Source of the DNA: Candidatus Amesbacteria bacterium GW2011_GWC2_45_19
GTDB lineage: Bacteria; Patescibacteriota; Microgenomatia; CAZETR01; Amesbacteraceae
Reading direction: 5' to 3'
DNA: 51,957 bases
Assembly (NCBI GenBank): GCA_001001555.1
Contig: LCKS01000003.1
Location: forward strand, 1 to 51,957
Shown here: piece by piece, positions 1 through 9,816 of the stretch
Layout of the letters: the number at the start of each line of letters is the position of its first letter
Numbering within the stretch: position 1 is the first letter of the stretch
Notes under the pieces: generated by a model
What the model was told of the DNA's origin: nothing
Databases searched by the model: none
The model's input: the letters and a program-made list of their open reading frames with translations, nothing else
Program-made: the position numbers and the translations under genes

Positions 1-927
1 GGGGAATTTAACTTGAGTGGCATTATTCACCCCATTGGCGGTGACCGTAAATGAAGCGCCAGAGGTAATACAGGCCGGAAAGGTTACCCCGCTGCAGGTG
101 GGAGGAGGTGCAACACAGGTAATAGTTTTGGGACTCCCGCTAAGAAGCTTGTCGCTTCCTCCCTCAATGTTAATCGCATATGCATAAATATCACCGGAAG
201 TGCCGGCAGGAAGAGTAGAATTAAACCCATGGTTACGGTTACCTCCACAATTATCGCCAACGGCCTCTTCACGCGTAATATTGGCGGTTGTCTCGCCTAC
301 ATAATTCGTCCTATTTATATTAGTGTAAAACTTAACAGTTAAAGCTGTACTATAGTTATCGGCATCACAGGTCCAGCCCCCTGTGGTACAACTTGGGTTA
401 TCTGTACCATCATGCCAGCCGATAGGATCATTTCCCCCGCCGCCGCATGACCCGTCCGCTTGTTTGCACAAACCGCCGATACAATAGCCTCCGGAAGAGC
501 CGCAGCAATCCGCGTTCGTTGTGCAGGGACCCGAGCCGCAATTGTTTATCGTGCATCCGGGGGCAGGGGTAGGGGTTGGGGTAGGAATGGGGGCAGATAG
601 ACATGAATAAGTCATAGTCCTACTTTCTTCGCAGTAGTTACGACCATAACATTTATTGTTTCCCCAAAAATAAGTAGTACTGGTACTAGAACACGCAGCA
701 GCACTCGACGCCGCACATACACCATAGGAAACCCAAGAATATTGAGAACAACTTGAACAGATAAAACATCCAGGTTGTGATGGGTTTGGCTTGCAACCAG
801 TAGTATTTACTCCATAGTTAGTCCAAGAATAATAATTACAAATATAAGCTTTAATCTTATTTGGATAACTAAAAAATACAGACGCAAAAATCAACAAAGG
901 CAACATTAACCTACGCCAACTATTCAT
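1..927 (-). CDS. Cys-rich secreted/surface protein, N-terminal part (runs off the window)
   Basis: Not in the ORF track. Manual translation from ATG 927 is open to base 1: MNSWRRLMLPLLIFASVFF (signal-like), many Cys, PTPTPTP linker, then NDPIGWHDG...GWTCDAD...NHGF...YAYAIN module. Confidence 0.8.
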   Translation of the reverse strand, partial: MNSWRRLMLPLLIFASVFFSYPNKIKAYICNYYSWTNYGVNTTGCKPNPSQPGCFICSSCSQYSWVSYGVCAASSAAACSSTSTTYFWGNNKCYGRNYCEESRTMTYSCLSAPIPTPTPTPAPGCTINNCGSGPCTTNADCCGSSGGYCIGGLCKQADGSCGGGGNDPIGWHDGTDNPSCTTGGWTCDADNYSTALTVKFYTNINRTNYVGETTANITREEAVGDNCGGNRNHGFNSTLPAGTSGDIYAYAINIEGGSDKLLSGSPKTITCVAPPPTCSGVTFPACITSGASFTVTANGVNNATQVKFP

Positions 928-1531
928 ACGATAACTCCACTATCCAACGTTTTCTGTCAGCCATCTTTCTAAACTCATTGATTACTTTTTCCCTCCACTC
1001 TAAGCTTCTCTCTCCTTCTGTTTTCTGTAGATATTTAGCCGCTTTTATTAAACGCATGTTTATTGTCGAATTTAATATTTCCAGATTCTGCTTCTGTGAA
1101 TAACCCAAGCCCAAGCCCAAAATGGATATTTGAAGAGTATTACCTGATATTGTTACGGCGTAACCATCCGCAAGATGAGCTTGACCAAACGTGGGTTCAT
1201 CAACAAACTGCACTCCCTTTGGCTCAGAAAGAATTATTTGAATCCTATCGGGCACAAGCAAACCCTGATTAGCTTCCACAGGCAATAAACTTGTATCAAT
1301 TGACTTTAAAATATTTCCTTTACTATCAAACCACAATCTCTCCAAACCTTTGGTGTCTACTTTAGTCAGCGACAAACCCGGTATTTCAGAAGTTACATAA
1401 ATTTCTCTATTGCCTAATTTTTCGAGAGCAGGCTTTTCTTTTCCAAGAAAGTATAAATATCCAAATATAAAACTTACGACTAGAAAAAAGGAAACAGCTA
1501 CCACAATTACAACAAGTGTCTTCCGTGTCAT
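920..1531 (-). CDS. hypothetical protein with N-terminal membrane anchor
   Basis: Long ORF with hydrophobic N-terminus; stop overlaps next start; ATG 1531 preferred over track start 1549. Confidence 0.7.
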   Translation of the reverse strand: MTRKTLVVIVVAVSFFLVVSFIFGYLYFLGKEKPALEKLGNREIYVTSEIPGLSLTKVDTKGLERLWFDSKGNILKSIDTSLLPVEANQGLLVPDRIQIILSEPKGVQFVDEPTFGQAHLADGYAVTISGNTLQISILGLGLGYSQKQNLEILNSTINMRLIKAAKYLQKTEGERSLEWREKVINEFRKMADRKRWIVELSYE

Positions 1532-1600
1532 TAAGTTTATAATACACACCCCTTAGGTCAAATTCAAATACTTACCTTCCATAGAGAGAAAGCGTGAAGA

Positions 1601-2785
1601 TTATTTTGCAAAGAGTATATGCTGACTATTTATATATTTCCAGGCGACAGGACCAAACTTTTGAATCACCCAGCCTCGCACCAGGTCTACCGGCCACATG
1701 GTTTTACCTTCAATTTCATCGGCTTGTTTTGAATTGGCTGCAGTTATCAATAAATGTGATATAACCCCGGGAAGCTTTTGTTCGATCCTCTGCCACGCAG
1801 TGGTAGCCAAAATTCGATTTTCAACAGGCGCTAAACCAAAAATTCTATTTCTTAAATCAGGAGTATTAACTCCATTGTAGTAAGTAGGAGAATAGAGCGG
1901 TTGAGATGTCTTATCAGGATATTCTTTGCCATTACCTGTTGCCACCTCAACCGCTGCAAATCCTGCCGTTCCTTCATCCGAACCGGCGCTCCAGGACGGA
2001 AAGGGAAGTGCGTGCCATAACTCATGGCCAAGTTGACGTCGTAATTCTCCTTCTCCCATGGAGGCCGTGGCCGCCACAGCAACGTTATTGGGTGGTAAAA
2101 ATCCCGGTGCCCCAGAAACTATCTCAATATCACCTTTATCACGCAAAAATCTGAATATGTTAGTGTCTCCGCCGGCAAAATACAAAAACCTATTTAAAAC
2201 TCTGTTGACTACTGCTCGCATCGTTTCGTGACCCACAGAATCTTTTTCATCATAAAGTAATACACTTTTCACTACTGGAGGGGAATCAAATCCCCTTATC
2301 AGGAGAACGCCTCCTTGATCTGAAGTGTGTCGAAGGCCTTCCCAAGTAAGAGCTCGAGAAACTGTCTCAACAGGAATGCCATAACTTTTAGATATTACTA
2401 CGTCGGTATCGCCTTTTTTAATCTGGTGTCTGATAATTTTTGGTTCTGGAAGATAGGACATAGGGAGTTTTGCGTATGCTGGTATATTTAGGGTGTCCCC
2501 GGGGTGTATTGTACTTTCTTCACTAAGTCCATTGGCTTCATAGATAAGGTCTATATACGTATGAAACACATCTGCGAACCACTGCATGCTGGTACCACTA
2601 AAAACACCCATGTGCAAAACGGGAATCTTTCCATCGGGAAGTTGATAGGTGTTTTCATCGAAAAGAAAACCAGAGGGAACTGCTTCTACTGGATGGGGCC
2701 ATCTGGGTAGTGCCAACCCGGCAAGAGTGGCCACTGATACTTTCAAAAAATCTCTTCGGATAAATGGTGTAAACGGCTCGCTCAT
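1601..2785 (-). CDS. LysM-domain, gluzincin-like Zn metallopeptidase with twin-arginine-like signal
   Basis: IRRDFLK N-terminus; LysM-like IYEANGL...IHPGDTLNIP and HQIKKGDT; HELWH followed by DEGTA. Confidence 0.65.
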   Translation of the reverse strand: MSEPFTPFIRRDFLKVSVATLAGLALPRWPHPVEAVPSGFLFDENTYQLPDGKIPVLHMGVFSGTSMQWFADVFHTYIDLIYEANGLSEESTIHPGDTLNIPAYAKLPMSYLPEPKIIRHQIKKGDTDVVISKSYGIPVETVSRALTWEGLRHTSDQGGVLLIRGFDSPPVVKSVLLYDEKDSVGHETMRAVVNRVLNRFLYFAGGDTNIFRFLRDKGDIEIVSGAPGFLPPNNVAVAATASMGEGELRRQLGHELWHALPFPSWSAGSDEGTAGFAAVEVATGNGKEYPDKTSQPLYSPTYYNGVNTPDLRNRIFGLAPVENRILATTAWQRIEQKLPGVISHLLITAANSKQADEIEGKTMWPVDLVRGWVIQKFGPVAWKYINSQHILFAK

Positions 2786-2791
2786 AAAAAA

Positions 2792-3436
2792 TTACCTTCG
2801 TGGCGGCCCTGGGTTTTTCAAAAAAGTTCCTTCATGGCCACGATTTACAGCGCTAAAAACCGTTCCGCCCATTGGCTTTAAACCGCTTCCACTATCCCTT
2901 TCCCATCTATTAAACATACAAATTTGTCCAAAAAAACCACAATTTTCGGTTGAAGGCATTATTTTATGAGTATGTTTGCCTATTATTTTACCGTCTGGAT
3001 TAAACATTGAGTCAGCAAAATTGCCCAAGGGAAGATTTGTTTCTGTCAACCCAGCATAATATTGATAATCATCCGGCGAACCTTGAAAATCGCATGCCAC
3101 CTCAAGTTCCCATCTTTTCATCGGGTTTCCTTCAGAGGCTCTTTTTTCGATTTCTCCAACATGTGTGAGACTTAATTGGCAACCTACAGCCTTAGCAGCA
3201 TTTTGGGCTTCTGTATTAGATGAAAACGTACCATCCGGGTTTGGTGTGGACTCGAGAGTGGGGGTTGGGATGGGGGTAGCGGTGGGGGTGAGAGTTTCAA
3301 TGATCTGATCTCTGTTATTCCGGCCTACAATGGCCAAAGCGGCTACCGCCAAAAGGATGAGTACCAACTCCAATTTTCTGGCCGCCTCGTGCTCAAGCGG
3401 CAGAAGGTAACCCAATCCTCTTTTTATGTCCTTCAT
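2792..3436 (-). CDS. hypothetical membrane-anchored protein with PT linker
   Basis: TM segment then TPTATPIPTPT; ATG 3436 follows TATACT. Confidence 0.65.
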   Translation of the reverse strand: MKDIKRGLGYLLPLEHEAARKLELVLILLAVAALAIVGRNNRDQIIETLTPTATPIPTPTLESTPNPDGTFSSNTEAQNAAKAVGCQLSLTHVGEIEKRASEGNPMKRWELEVACDFQGSPDDYQYYAGLTETNLPLGNFADSMFNPDGKIIGKHTHKIMPSTENCGFFGQICMFNRWERDSGSGLKPMGGTVFSAVNRGHEGTFLKNPGPPRR

Positions 3437-3626
3437 CTGACTTTGAGTATACCAAACCAAGTCAAGAATTGCAAATTATAGGTCTAGGTGAGATACGGAG
3501 GATTTTATGAAGTCTTTGACTTTATCCCAAGTAAGGCTAAGGCGACAACCCATTACGTGTAGATTTACACTGACGATAACGATCGTGGTGGTCAGTGTAA
3601 AAATTAGAGAGTAAAGTGAGCGGAAG

Positions 3627-3801
3627 TTAGAGGTGGAGGCGGGATTTGGCCAGACGGAGGGATTCGCGTTCAAAAAAAGGCTTTAACCGACTCCCAGGTT
3701 TTTTCCCAGGGGATATCGTTGAGCATTCGGGGTGTTTTGTCGTCTGCGGAATCGGCATCCCAGAAGTAGCGTTTGAACTCGGGGGGAAGTTTGGCAGACA
3801 T
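3627..3801 (-). pseudogene. short or frameshifted ORF (LPPEFKRYFWD motif, DUF6922-like)
   Basis: ATG 3801 lies 7 nt after TGnTAAAAT; stops at 3670 right after a T7 run; a shifted frame continues to 3627. Confidence 0.35.
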
Positions 3802-3842
3802 GATATTGATTTTAACATTTTTAGCAGTCATAATACATAGGT

Positions 3843-4817
3843 ATGCCTGACCTGCCCAAGATCGGAATTGATATCGGCAGCACCTCAATAAAACTGGCGG
3901 AGCTGGTGCCCGCCGGTAAACAATGGAAGTTGATATCCGCCGCTTCCGCTCCTGTGGGAACCGCGATCGCGGCCATAGTAAAGGAAGCGGGAATGAAAAG
4001 CCGGCGGGCGGTGGTGGCTCTGCCGGAGGAGCAAGTATCAACACACATAGTGGAGTTGCCGATGATGAAAGACGGAGAAATTGAACAAGCCTTGGAGTGG
4101 CAGGTGGAACAATATATTCCCATTCCTAAAAATGAGGCGGTGTGGAGCTGGGAGACGATACGGCGAGGCGAAGCGGGCGGAGGGGTGGAGATATTGCTGG
4201 TGGCGGCAGCCAAAACTTTGGTGGAATCGTACCGCAAGACGGTGGAAGCCGCGGGATTGGAACTGGTGGCGGTGGAGACGGAGCTGAACGCTACGGCCAG
4301 AGCGGAAATCAAACCCGGGTCTCCCCTGTCTGTAGTTGTAGATATAGGGGCCAAAAGCACGGACATGGGAATTGTCCGGGAGGGCCAGCTGATATTTGCC
4401 CGGACGATTCCGACTGCCGGAGACGCGTTTACCCGGGCTATTGAGACTGGATTGGGGCTGGATCGGACCCAGGCTGAACAATACAAAAATACTTACGGCA
4501 TGAACGACAAACAATTGGAGGGGAAATTGGCGGAAGCGATGAAGCCGGTGTTGACAGTAGTGGCTGGGGAGATCAGGAAAACCATTGATTTTTATGTGAC
4601 TAAACACCAGGGGGAAGCGGTGAAAATGGTAGTCTTGTCCGGAGGGGCGGCAAGCATGCCGGAGATGGTGGGGCAATTATCGGCCATCTTGGGACTGGAA
4701 GTAGTGATGGGTGATCCGTTTACGGGATTAGTGATGGACGAGGCGCAAAAGAAGGCCTTCGCCAATACCGGACCGTATTACGCGGTGGCTATTGGGCTGG
4801 CCGAAAAGCGGATATGA
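3843..4817 (+). CDS. pilM: type IV pilus assembly protein PilM
   Basis: IGIDIGSTSIK, VVDIGAKST and VVLSGGAA actin-like motifs; C-terminal YAVAIGLA. Confidence 0.92.
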   Translation: MPDLPKIGIDIGSTSIKLAELVPAGKQWKLISAASAPVGTAIAAIVKEAGMKSRRAVVALPEEQVSTHIVELPMMKDGEIEQALEWQVEQYIPIPKNEAVWSWETIRRGEAGGGVEILLVAAAKTLVESYRKTVEAAGLELVAVETELNATARAEIKPGSPLSVVVDIGAKSTDMGIVREGQLIFARTIPTAGDAFTRAIETGLGLDRTQAEQYKNTYGMNDKQLEGKLAEAMKPVLTVVAGEIRKTIDFYVTKHQGEAVKMVVLSGGAASMPEMVGQLSAILGLEVVMGDPFTGLVMDEAQKKAFANTGPYYAVAIGLAEKRI

Positions 4818-5287
4818 TTAACCTTCTGGTGCGCGATAAAGGGTTGGCAGAGATAGAGCAGAAATACAAGGGCCGGGTGCAGGCGGTGACAGTGGCGGTG
4901 GCGGTCGTATATTTATTAGCTGTGGCAGCGTCCGCGGGTTGGTGGGTATGGGTGACTGGCCGGAATGTTAAAGCGGTGAAGGAAAGAGATAAACTGATAC
5001 AACAGCTGGGACAGCAAGCGGCTACGGAAGCTGTGGTGCGGCAAGCGGCGGCCCGGGTGGAGATAGTAGAGTCCGCTTTGGCTGGTCCAAAGTGGGGGCC
5101 GGTACTGGCCCGGGCTTTGCAAGAAGCACAAAAACAGGGATTGGAAATAGTGGGTTGGCAAGAGAGAGTAGTAACAGTGCGGGGAACAAATCTACAGACG
5201 CTGGAAAGTTTTGCAAACGGCCTGGAAGTAAAATCCGTGACTAAAAAATCGGATGGGGTGTGGGTGCAGGAGGTAGTATGGAAGTAA
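4814..5287 (+). CDS. PilN-like pilus assembly protein
   Basis: MINLL start motif, TM helix, coiled coil; overlaps pilM stop. Confidence 0.7.
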   Translation: MINLLVRDKGLAEIEQKYKGRVQAVTVAVAVVYLLAVAASAGWWVWVTGRNVKAVKERDKLIQQLGQQAATEAVVRQAAARVEIVESALAGPKWGPVLARALQEAQKQGLEIVGWQERVVTVRGTNLQTLESFANGLEVKSVTKKSDGVWVQEVVWK

Positions 5288-5928
5288 AAAAGTGGAGTTG
5301 GTTGGCGTTTCCGCTATTGGTGGGGGTGATGACGGTGGTTTCTTTCGGTAAGTTGGTGGCCGGGCCTGACCAGATATGGCGAAAATTGCGGTTGAACGAA
5401 GGGAAGGCAAAGGCAACCGAAATTGAGGTAGTGAAATTAAAAAGTAAATTAGATAGACTAAACCGAGTAGATACCGCTGAGCAAGGGAAGGTATTATCCG
5501 AACTGGGGAAAGCGGTCCCTAGTCAAATACAGCCGATGCTGCTGATTGGGGAGATGAATCAAGCCGCGTCCGAGTCCGGAGTGGCAGTAGAAAAATATAG
5601 GATTGACAATAGTGAAACGCGGCAAGCGTTGCAGGTGTCCATCCTGACGGAGGATGCGGGAAAACTGATAGATTGGGTAAATAATATGGAGGGATGGTTA
5701 CCGCTGGCGAGGATCGTTGGCATCAGTTATGAAAATGACCGGGCTGAAGTGACGGTAGAACAAGTGTGGAAGGAATCAGCGGCTTCGGGGACCAAACCGG
5801 AAGATGAATTGCCGGAGACGGGTGAGAGGGTGAAGAGCTTACTAAGTAAGCTGGGGGATTTTAGAGAAATAGGGACTAGCTCTGCTCAGACGAAGGATGA
5901 TGGGGCGGTGAATCCGAATCCGTTTTGA
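5278..5928 (+). CDS. PilO-like pilus assembly protein
   Basis: TM + coiled coil, AVPS...QAASESGV pattern, C-terminal NPF; third gene after pilM. Confidence 0.65.
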   Translation: MEVKKWSWLAFPLLVGVMTVVSFGKLVAGPDQIWRKLRLNEGKAKATEIEVVKLKSKLDRLNRVDTAEQGKVLSELGKAVPSQIQPMLLIGEMNQAASESGVAVEKYRIDNSETRQALQVSILTEDAGKLIDWVNNMEGWLPLARIVGISYENDRAEVTVEQVWKESAASGTKPEDELPETGERVKSLLSKLGDFREIGTSSAQTKDDGAVNPNPF

Positions 5929-6139
5929 GAACAAGATTGGCATGGGGTAGACGATTGAGGGTGCAATAGGTGCGCAGCAAAGTGCGCAGAGCAGAGATGA
6001 TTATTCCGTGTTTGCCGATGACCCGGCCGGTGTCAACGTCGGATACGGTCAGATAAACGGCAGACCGGGTTTCGGAAACAGACAACTCGTTTGGTTTGGT
6101 AAGAAGGGGGGAAATGAGGAATTTCAGGAAATCTTGCAT
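5876..6139 (-). CDS. khpA: KH-domain RNA-binding protein KhpA
   Basis: DTGRVIGKHG motif; directly downstream of rpsP. Confidence 0.85.
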   Translation of the reverse strand: MQDFLKFLISPLLTKPNELSVSETRSAVYLTVSDVDTGRVIGKHGIIISALRTLLRTYCTLNRLPHANLVLKTDSDSPPHHPSSEQS

Positions 6140-6330
6140 AGCTGCCTGATTTTAAGTGAAGGCTGCGCGCCTTTTTTGATCCAATCGGCAAGAGCCACGG
6201 CGTCATAATGATCGGGTGTGCCTAAAAACGCGACGGGGGCGCCGGTGAGCTTAGAGCGGGCGGGGGCGACCACAATCCGATATTTGATATTTTTCTTTTT
6301 GCCGAAGGGTGTAAGACGAATGGCTAACAT
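6124..6330 (-). CDS. rpsP: 30S ribosomal protein S16 (short)
   Basis: MLAIRLTPFGKK...YRIVVA...WIKKGAQPS; start ATG 6330. Confidence 0.9.
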   Translation of the reverse strand: MLAIRLTPFGKKKNIKYRIVVAPARSKLTGAPVAFLGTPDHYDAVALADWIKKGAQPSLKIRQLCKIS

Positions 6331-6395
6331 AAGTAGGGAAATTATATCACGTCCAAAGCGGCGGCGTGCGCTCCGTGTTATATAATGCTCTCTGT

Positions 6396-6902
6396 ATGGC
6401 GGAAAAATTAGCTCCATTAGCCAGAAGGGCTTTAGATACTAGAATTGCGGTTGTTTCTCAAAAAGCCGAGGAGCTTGCCCTTTCGTATGGAAAGATCGTT
6501 TCAGACGGAGGTGGAGATAGTTATGACGATGAGTTTGCTCGTCTCATTGAACAGGAAAAACTGATGGCTCAAGGAGCTGAATACACGGCCAGAGCTCTTC
6601 TCGCGTTGGAAATACTTACCCCCCCTACACAGTTTGAAGTTGTTGAAGTAGGTCATCGGGTAACGGTTAAATTTGAAGGAGATTCTGAATTAGGCGAGGC
6701 GGGAGTAACCGTATTAACTCCTGCTAATGTTATGCTATTAAAGGATTTATTTAATCAAAAAGATGAAATTATTGTGTCCGACCGAAGCCCTCTTGGTTCG
6801 GCTCTATTGAATAAGAGAGTTGGGGTTACGTTAAAATATACTCCCACATTATTTGCGAAGATACTCGAAATTAGTGTCAACGCCGAAATTTTTTTTGATT
6901 AA
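6396..6902 (+). CDS. GreA/GreB-family elongation factor-like protein
   Basis: VEVGHRVTV and IVSDRSPLGSALLNKRVG C-terminal Gre motifs; acidic coiled-coil tip. Confidence 0.75.
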   Translation: MAEKLAPLARRALDTRIAVVSQKAEELALSYGKIVSDGGGDSYDDEFARLIEQEKLMAQGAEYTARALLALEILTPPTQFEVVEVGHRVTVKFEGDSELGEAGVTVLTPANVMLLKDLFNQKDEIIVSDRSPLGSALLNKRVGVTLKYTPTLFAKILEISVNAEIFFD

Positions 6903-7420
6903 GACAGTTCTCTTGACGACATCCAATCGAGAAAAGCACAATTTATGGCCTCTTTGAAAGCTTGTTCTCGAGATACTAATAATGAAACAACTTTATTTTC
7001 GTAAGGATTTTTATTTTGGTATGCAGCGAATTCTCGTATTATTTGGCTGAATTGATTTCCTCTGCTTATTTTTTCTGACACTTCAGCTGGTAAACGAAGT
7101 TTACTACTTATTCCAACAAACTCCTTCTTATCTTGATCGATTATTACTGCCGCACATACTAGAAAATATCCCAGATTTTCTATAAAGACGAGACCTCCCT
7201 CGAGACCTATTCCAATTTCCATATTCTCTTTTGCCTTCTTAGCAGCTATTGCCCTATTTCTCGCGCCATTTAAGGTGGTGACTTCATCTAACGGTTGGTT
7301 GGTTATACCTGATTTCACTGAAAAACTTATAATCTTTGCTTCTATTTTCAAGTCAGTCAAAACTGATTTCAAAATACGCCTTTTATCTTCAGATGTAGTT
7401 CCTAATGCAATTTTAGTCAT
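6899..7420 (-). CDS. yjjX: inosine/xanthosine triphosphatase (YjjX/DUF84)
   Basis: LGTTSEDK, SGITNQP, GARNRA and GIGLEGG motifs. Confidence 0.85.
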   Translation of the reverse strand: MTKIALGTTSEDKRRILKSVLTDLKIEAKIISFSVKSGITNQPLDEVTTLNGARNRAIAAKKAKENMEIGIGLEGGLVFIENLGYFLVCAAVIIDQDKKEFVGISSKLRLPAEVSEKISRGNQFSQIIREFAAYQNKNPYENKVVSLLVSREQAFKEAINCAFLDWMSSRELS

Positions 7421-7425
7421 CGGAT

Positions 7426-8694
7426 TTATACATAATCTAACTTGTGACCCATGCGTCGTTTTTTTGTTTCTAAGTATTTCTTATTATGTTTTGTTGGTTG
7501 AATTTCCAGAACTTCAACGCTTTCAACAGGAACACCTAGGTCAATCAATTTGTTAATTTTGTCTGGGTTATTAGTTATTAATTTTATACTTCTAATACCT
7601 AGGTCATTTAATATGTCTCTGACTGCTTCGTAATTTCTTAGTTCAGCTGGGAAACCCAGTTTCTCGTTGGCATCTATCGTATCGAAACCGTCATCTTGTA
7701 GTCGATAAGCATTTATTTTATTAATAATATTTATTCCCCTTCCTTCCTGGAACAGATATATAAGTACTCCTTCGTTTTCATTATTAATTCTCTTCAAGGC
7801 TTTATGTAATTGGTTTCCACAATCACATCTTAAAGACGAAAACACATCCCCAGTAATGCACGAGGAATGAACCCGAACCATTACTCTAGTTTTGCCTTTA
7901 ACTTCTCCTCTTATTAAAGCTAAATGATATGAATAGTCAATTTGGGACTGAAATGAAAGCAGTACAAATTCTCCATACTTTGTTTGGAGTTTAGTGGCTG
8001 ATTTTTGACGATAAATCGGTAGCCCCTCTCTCGTGTTGCTCTTAATTTTCATTAGCATATTTGATGCGACTATCATCTCCGAATCATCTCCGTTCACACT
8101 AAAATAGTTTTCCGCTGACTGTTTAAGATTGTCAAAAACGGGCGTTATCTCGTTTAAATATTGTTGGTAGTCTTTTCTAACTAACTCTTTATCTATTTTT
8201 TCCGATTTTAGTGTAGACTTGTCTCTAGGACACATTCGCGATTGGGAATACAATGAGTCAGGGTCATAAGTTCTCCCGCATGTCCTACACAGTAACCTTT
8301 TTCTTAATCTAGAAACAATTGATTCTAGAGAAGTATTCACTTTGATTATGGCTTTAATTTTTAGATCATACTTTTTTACAATCTCGATCAACTTATCGGC
8401 CTCTTCCGTTCTTCTTGGAAACCCGTCTATCACTATTCCTTTACCCCCTTGCTTTAGCAGAAAACGACGTAATTTATCCTCGATTGCTCCAGCGATTAAA
8501 ACAGATTTTGTTTTATTATCAACCCTCTCGTTAACAATTTCGGAATACTCCTTGGGAAATTGTTTTTTGAATCTCTTGCTTCTTAAGAGTTTTCCCCATG
8601 AAATGTGTTGTAGTTTTAGATGTTCCGAAAGGACGACACCTTGCGTTGTCTTACCGCTTCCAGGTGCTCCCAGTATTAGATAAATATCAGTCAT
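7426..8694 (-). CDS. adenylate-kinase-like domain fused to GTP cyclohydrolase II (RibA-like)
   Basis: N-terminal GAPGSGKTT, IDGFPR and CxxC lid; C-terminal RVHSSCITGD...RCDC, QEGRGI, LITNNPDK. Confidence 0.9.
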   Translation of the reverse strand: MTDIYLILGAPGSGKTTQGVVLSEHLKLQHISWGKLLRSKRFKKQFPKEYSEIVNERVDNKTKSVLIAGAIEDKLRRFLLKQGGKGIVIDGFPRRTEEADKLIEIVKKYDLKIKAIIKVNTSLESIVSRLRKRLLCRTCGRTYDPDSLYSQSRMCPRDKSTLKSEKIDKELVRKDYQQYLNEITPVFDNLKQSAENYFSVNGDDSEMIVASNMLMKIKSNTREGLPIYRQKSATKLQTKYGEFVLLSFQSQIDYSYHLALIRGEVKGKTRVMVRVHSSCITGDVFSSLRCDCGNQLHKALKRINNENEGVLIYLFQEGRGINIINKINAYRLQDDGFDTIDANEKLGFPAELRNYEAVRDILNDLGIRSIKLITNNPDKINKLIDLGVPVESVEVLEIQPTKHNKKYLETKKRRMGHKLDYV

Positions 8695-8703
8695 GGAGTA
8701 ATT

Positions 8704-9816
8704 TTACTTACTATGAGATAAAATTTCAAGAAATGTGTCTAGTTGGCTTGATGAAAAATCATGATTTAGGGAGATGGCCAGAATTTTTGATTTTAGATTG
8801 CGAGCGTCTTTGTATTTATTCCATTTTACATATTTATGAAGATAGCTCCAGAATGGTTGTATATGTTTTAACCCTTTTTGGTAACCGATATCAGCCACTT
8901 TGCTGGAATTATAAACCAAAATAGGGAAGTTTAACGGTACAACGTTTTTTTCCAAAACGCTCTTAATTATTAGATTAGGGTAGTAGCAATTAAAGAGCTC
9001 AAGTAAAAGAAGAAAGCGTTTACGACGAACAGCTGCAATGTCAGAAAAACTTATTCTACTAACTAAAAATTTTGCAATATTTGAAATTGACAACTTGTAA
9101 CCTCCCTCCTTAGAAAGACGAGGACCGTGCTGTGAAGGTAAGGATGCGCCCACGCTAGAGTAAATGTCTGATATGGGGGTAGATGGCGGGAAAAGGTTCT
9201 GCAACATACCGAGATATAAAAAGAGGTCGAATGACGAAGCTTGATTGGACGGTGGTTGGAATTGAGGGGGAGGAATTTCGGGAGAATTTATTAATAACGC
9301 TCCACCATGAGGTATTGGTAGAAATTTCCTAAGGCTGAATATGGATGCGTGACCAAACGTGCCCAAAGGCTGGTCGTTGAGTTTTCCTCCCAAAGCTTGG
9401 GCGCAGTCTTCTATTAGAAATAAGTTGTTTGCTTCGCATAGTTTTTTAATTTGGGAAGTGTTTGATTGGGGGAAGCCAAAATAATGAGTGATAAGTATTG
9501 CGCTAGTTTTGGAAGTGATACATCGTTCTAGGTCGTGTGGATCTATTTCTAAATTGGAATGGACTGGATAAGTTATTGAGGTAAATCCAGCTTTAATAAG
9601 ACTCTCTATCTCATCTCCACATGAGTATGATGGCACGAGTATCTCTCTTTTTTGTGGCCAATATTTAATGATTTGTAGTGATATGCCATGTAGAGCGTTT
9701 CTTCCATATAGAGTAAAGATTGCTTTGGGGGTAGATAGTGGTTGGGGAAGTTGGGTATAAAAGTTTTTGGGAATGCAACTAGCCAAATCCGATTCAAGTT
9801 GAAAATCTAGGTTCAT
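8704..9816 (-). CDS. DegT/DnrJ/EryC1/StrS-family PLP aminotransferase
   Basis: ITHYFG, LIEDCAQALG, FSLRKFLPIPHGG (PLP lysine). Confidence 0.88.
   Translation of the reverse strand: MNLDFQLESDLASCIPKNFYTQLPQPLSTPKAIFTLYGRNALHGISLQIIKYWPQKREILVPSYSCGDEIESLIKAGFTSITYPVHSNLEIDPHDLERCITSKTSAILITHYFGFPQSNTSQIKKLCEANNLFLIEDCAQALGGKLNDQPLGTFGHASIFSLRKFLPIPHGGALLINSPEIPPPQFQPPSNQASSFDLFLYLGMLQNLFPPSTPISDIYSSVGASLPSQHGPRLSKEGGYKLSISNIAKFLVSRISFSDIAAVRRKRFLLLLELFNCYYPNLIIKSVLEKNVVPLNFPILVYNSSKVADIGYQKGLKHIQPFWSYLHKYVKWNKYKDARNLKSKILAISLNHDFSSSQLDTFLEILSHSK

Noticed and set aside
3821-4676. Long antisense ORFs over pilM (similar ones over the PBP, rnc and M20 genes)
   Set aside because: Antisense shadows of well-supported genes
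7426-8694. Riboflavin biosynthesis operon
   Set aside because: No ribB/D/E/H or FMN riboswitch seen in the window
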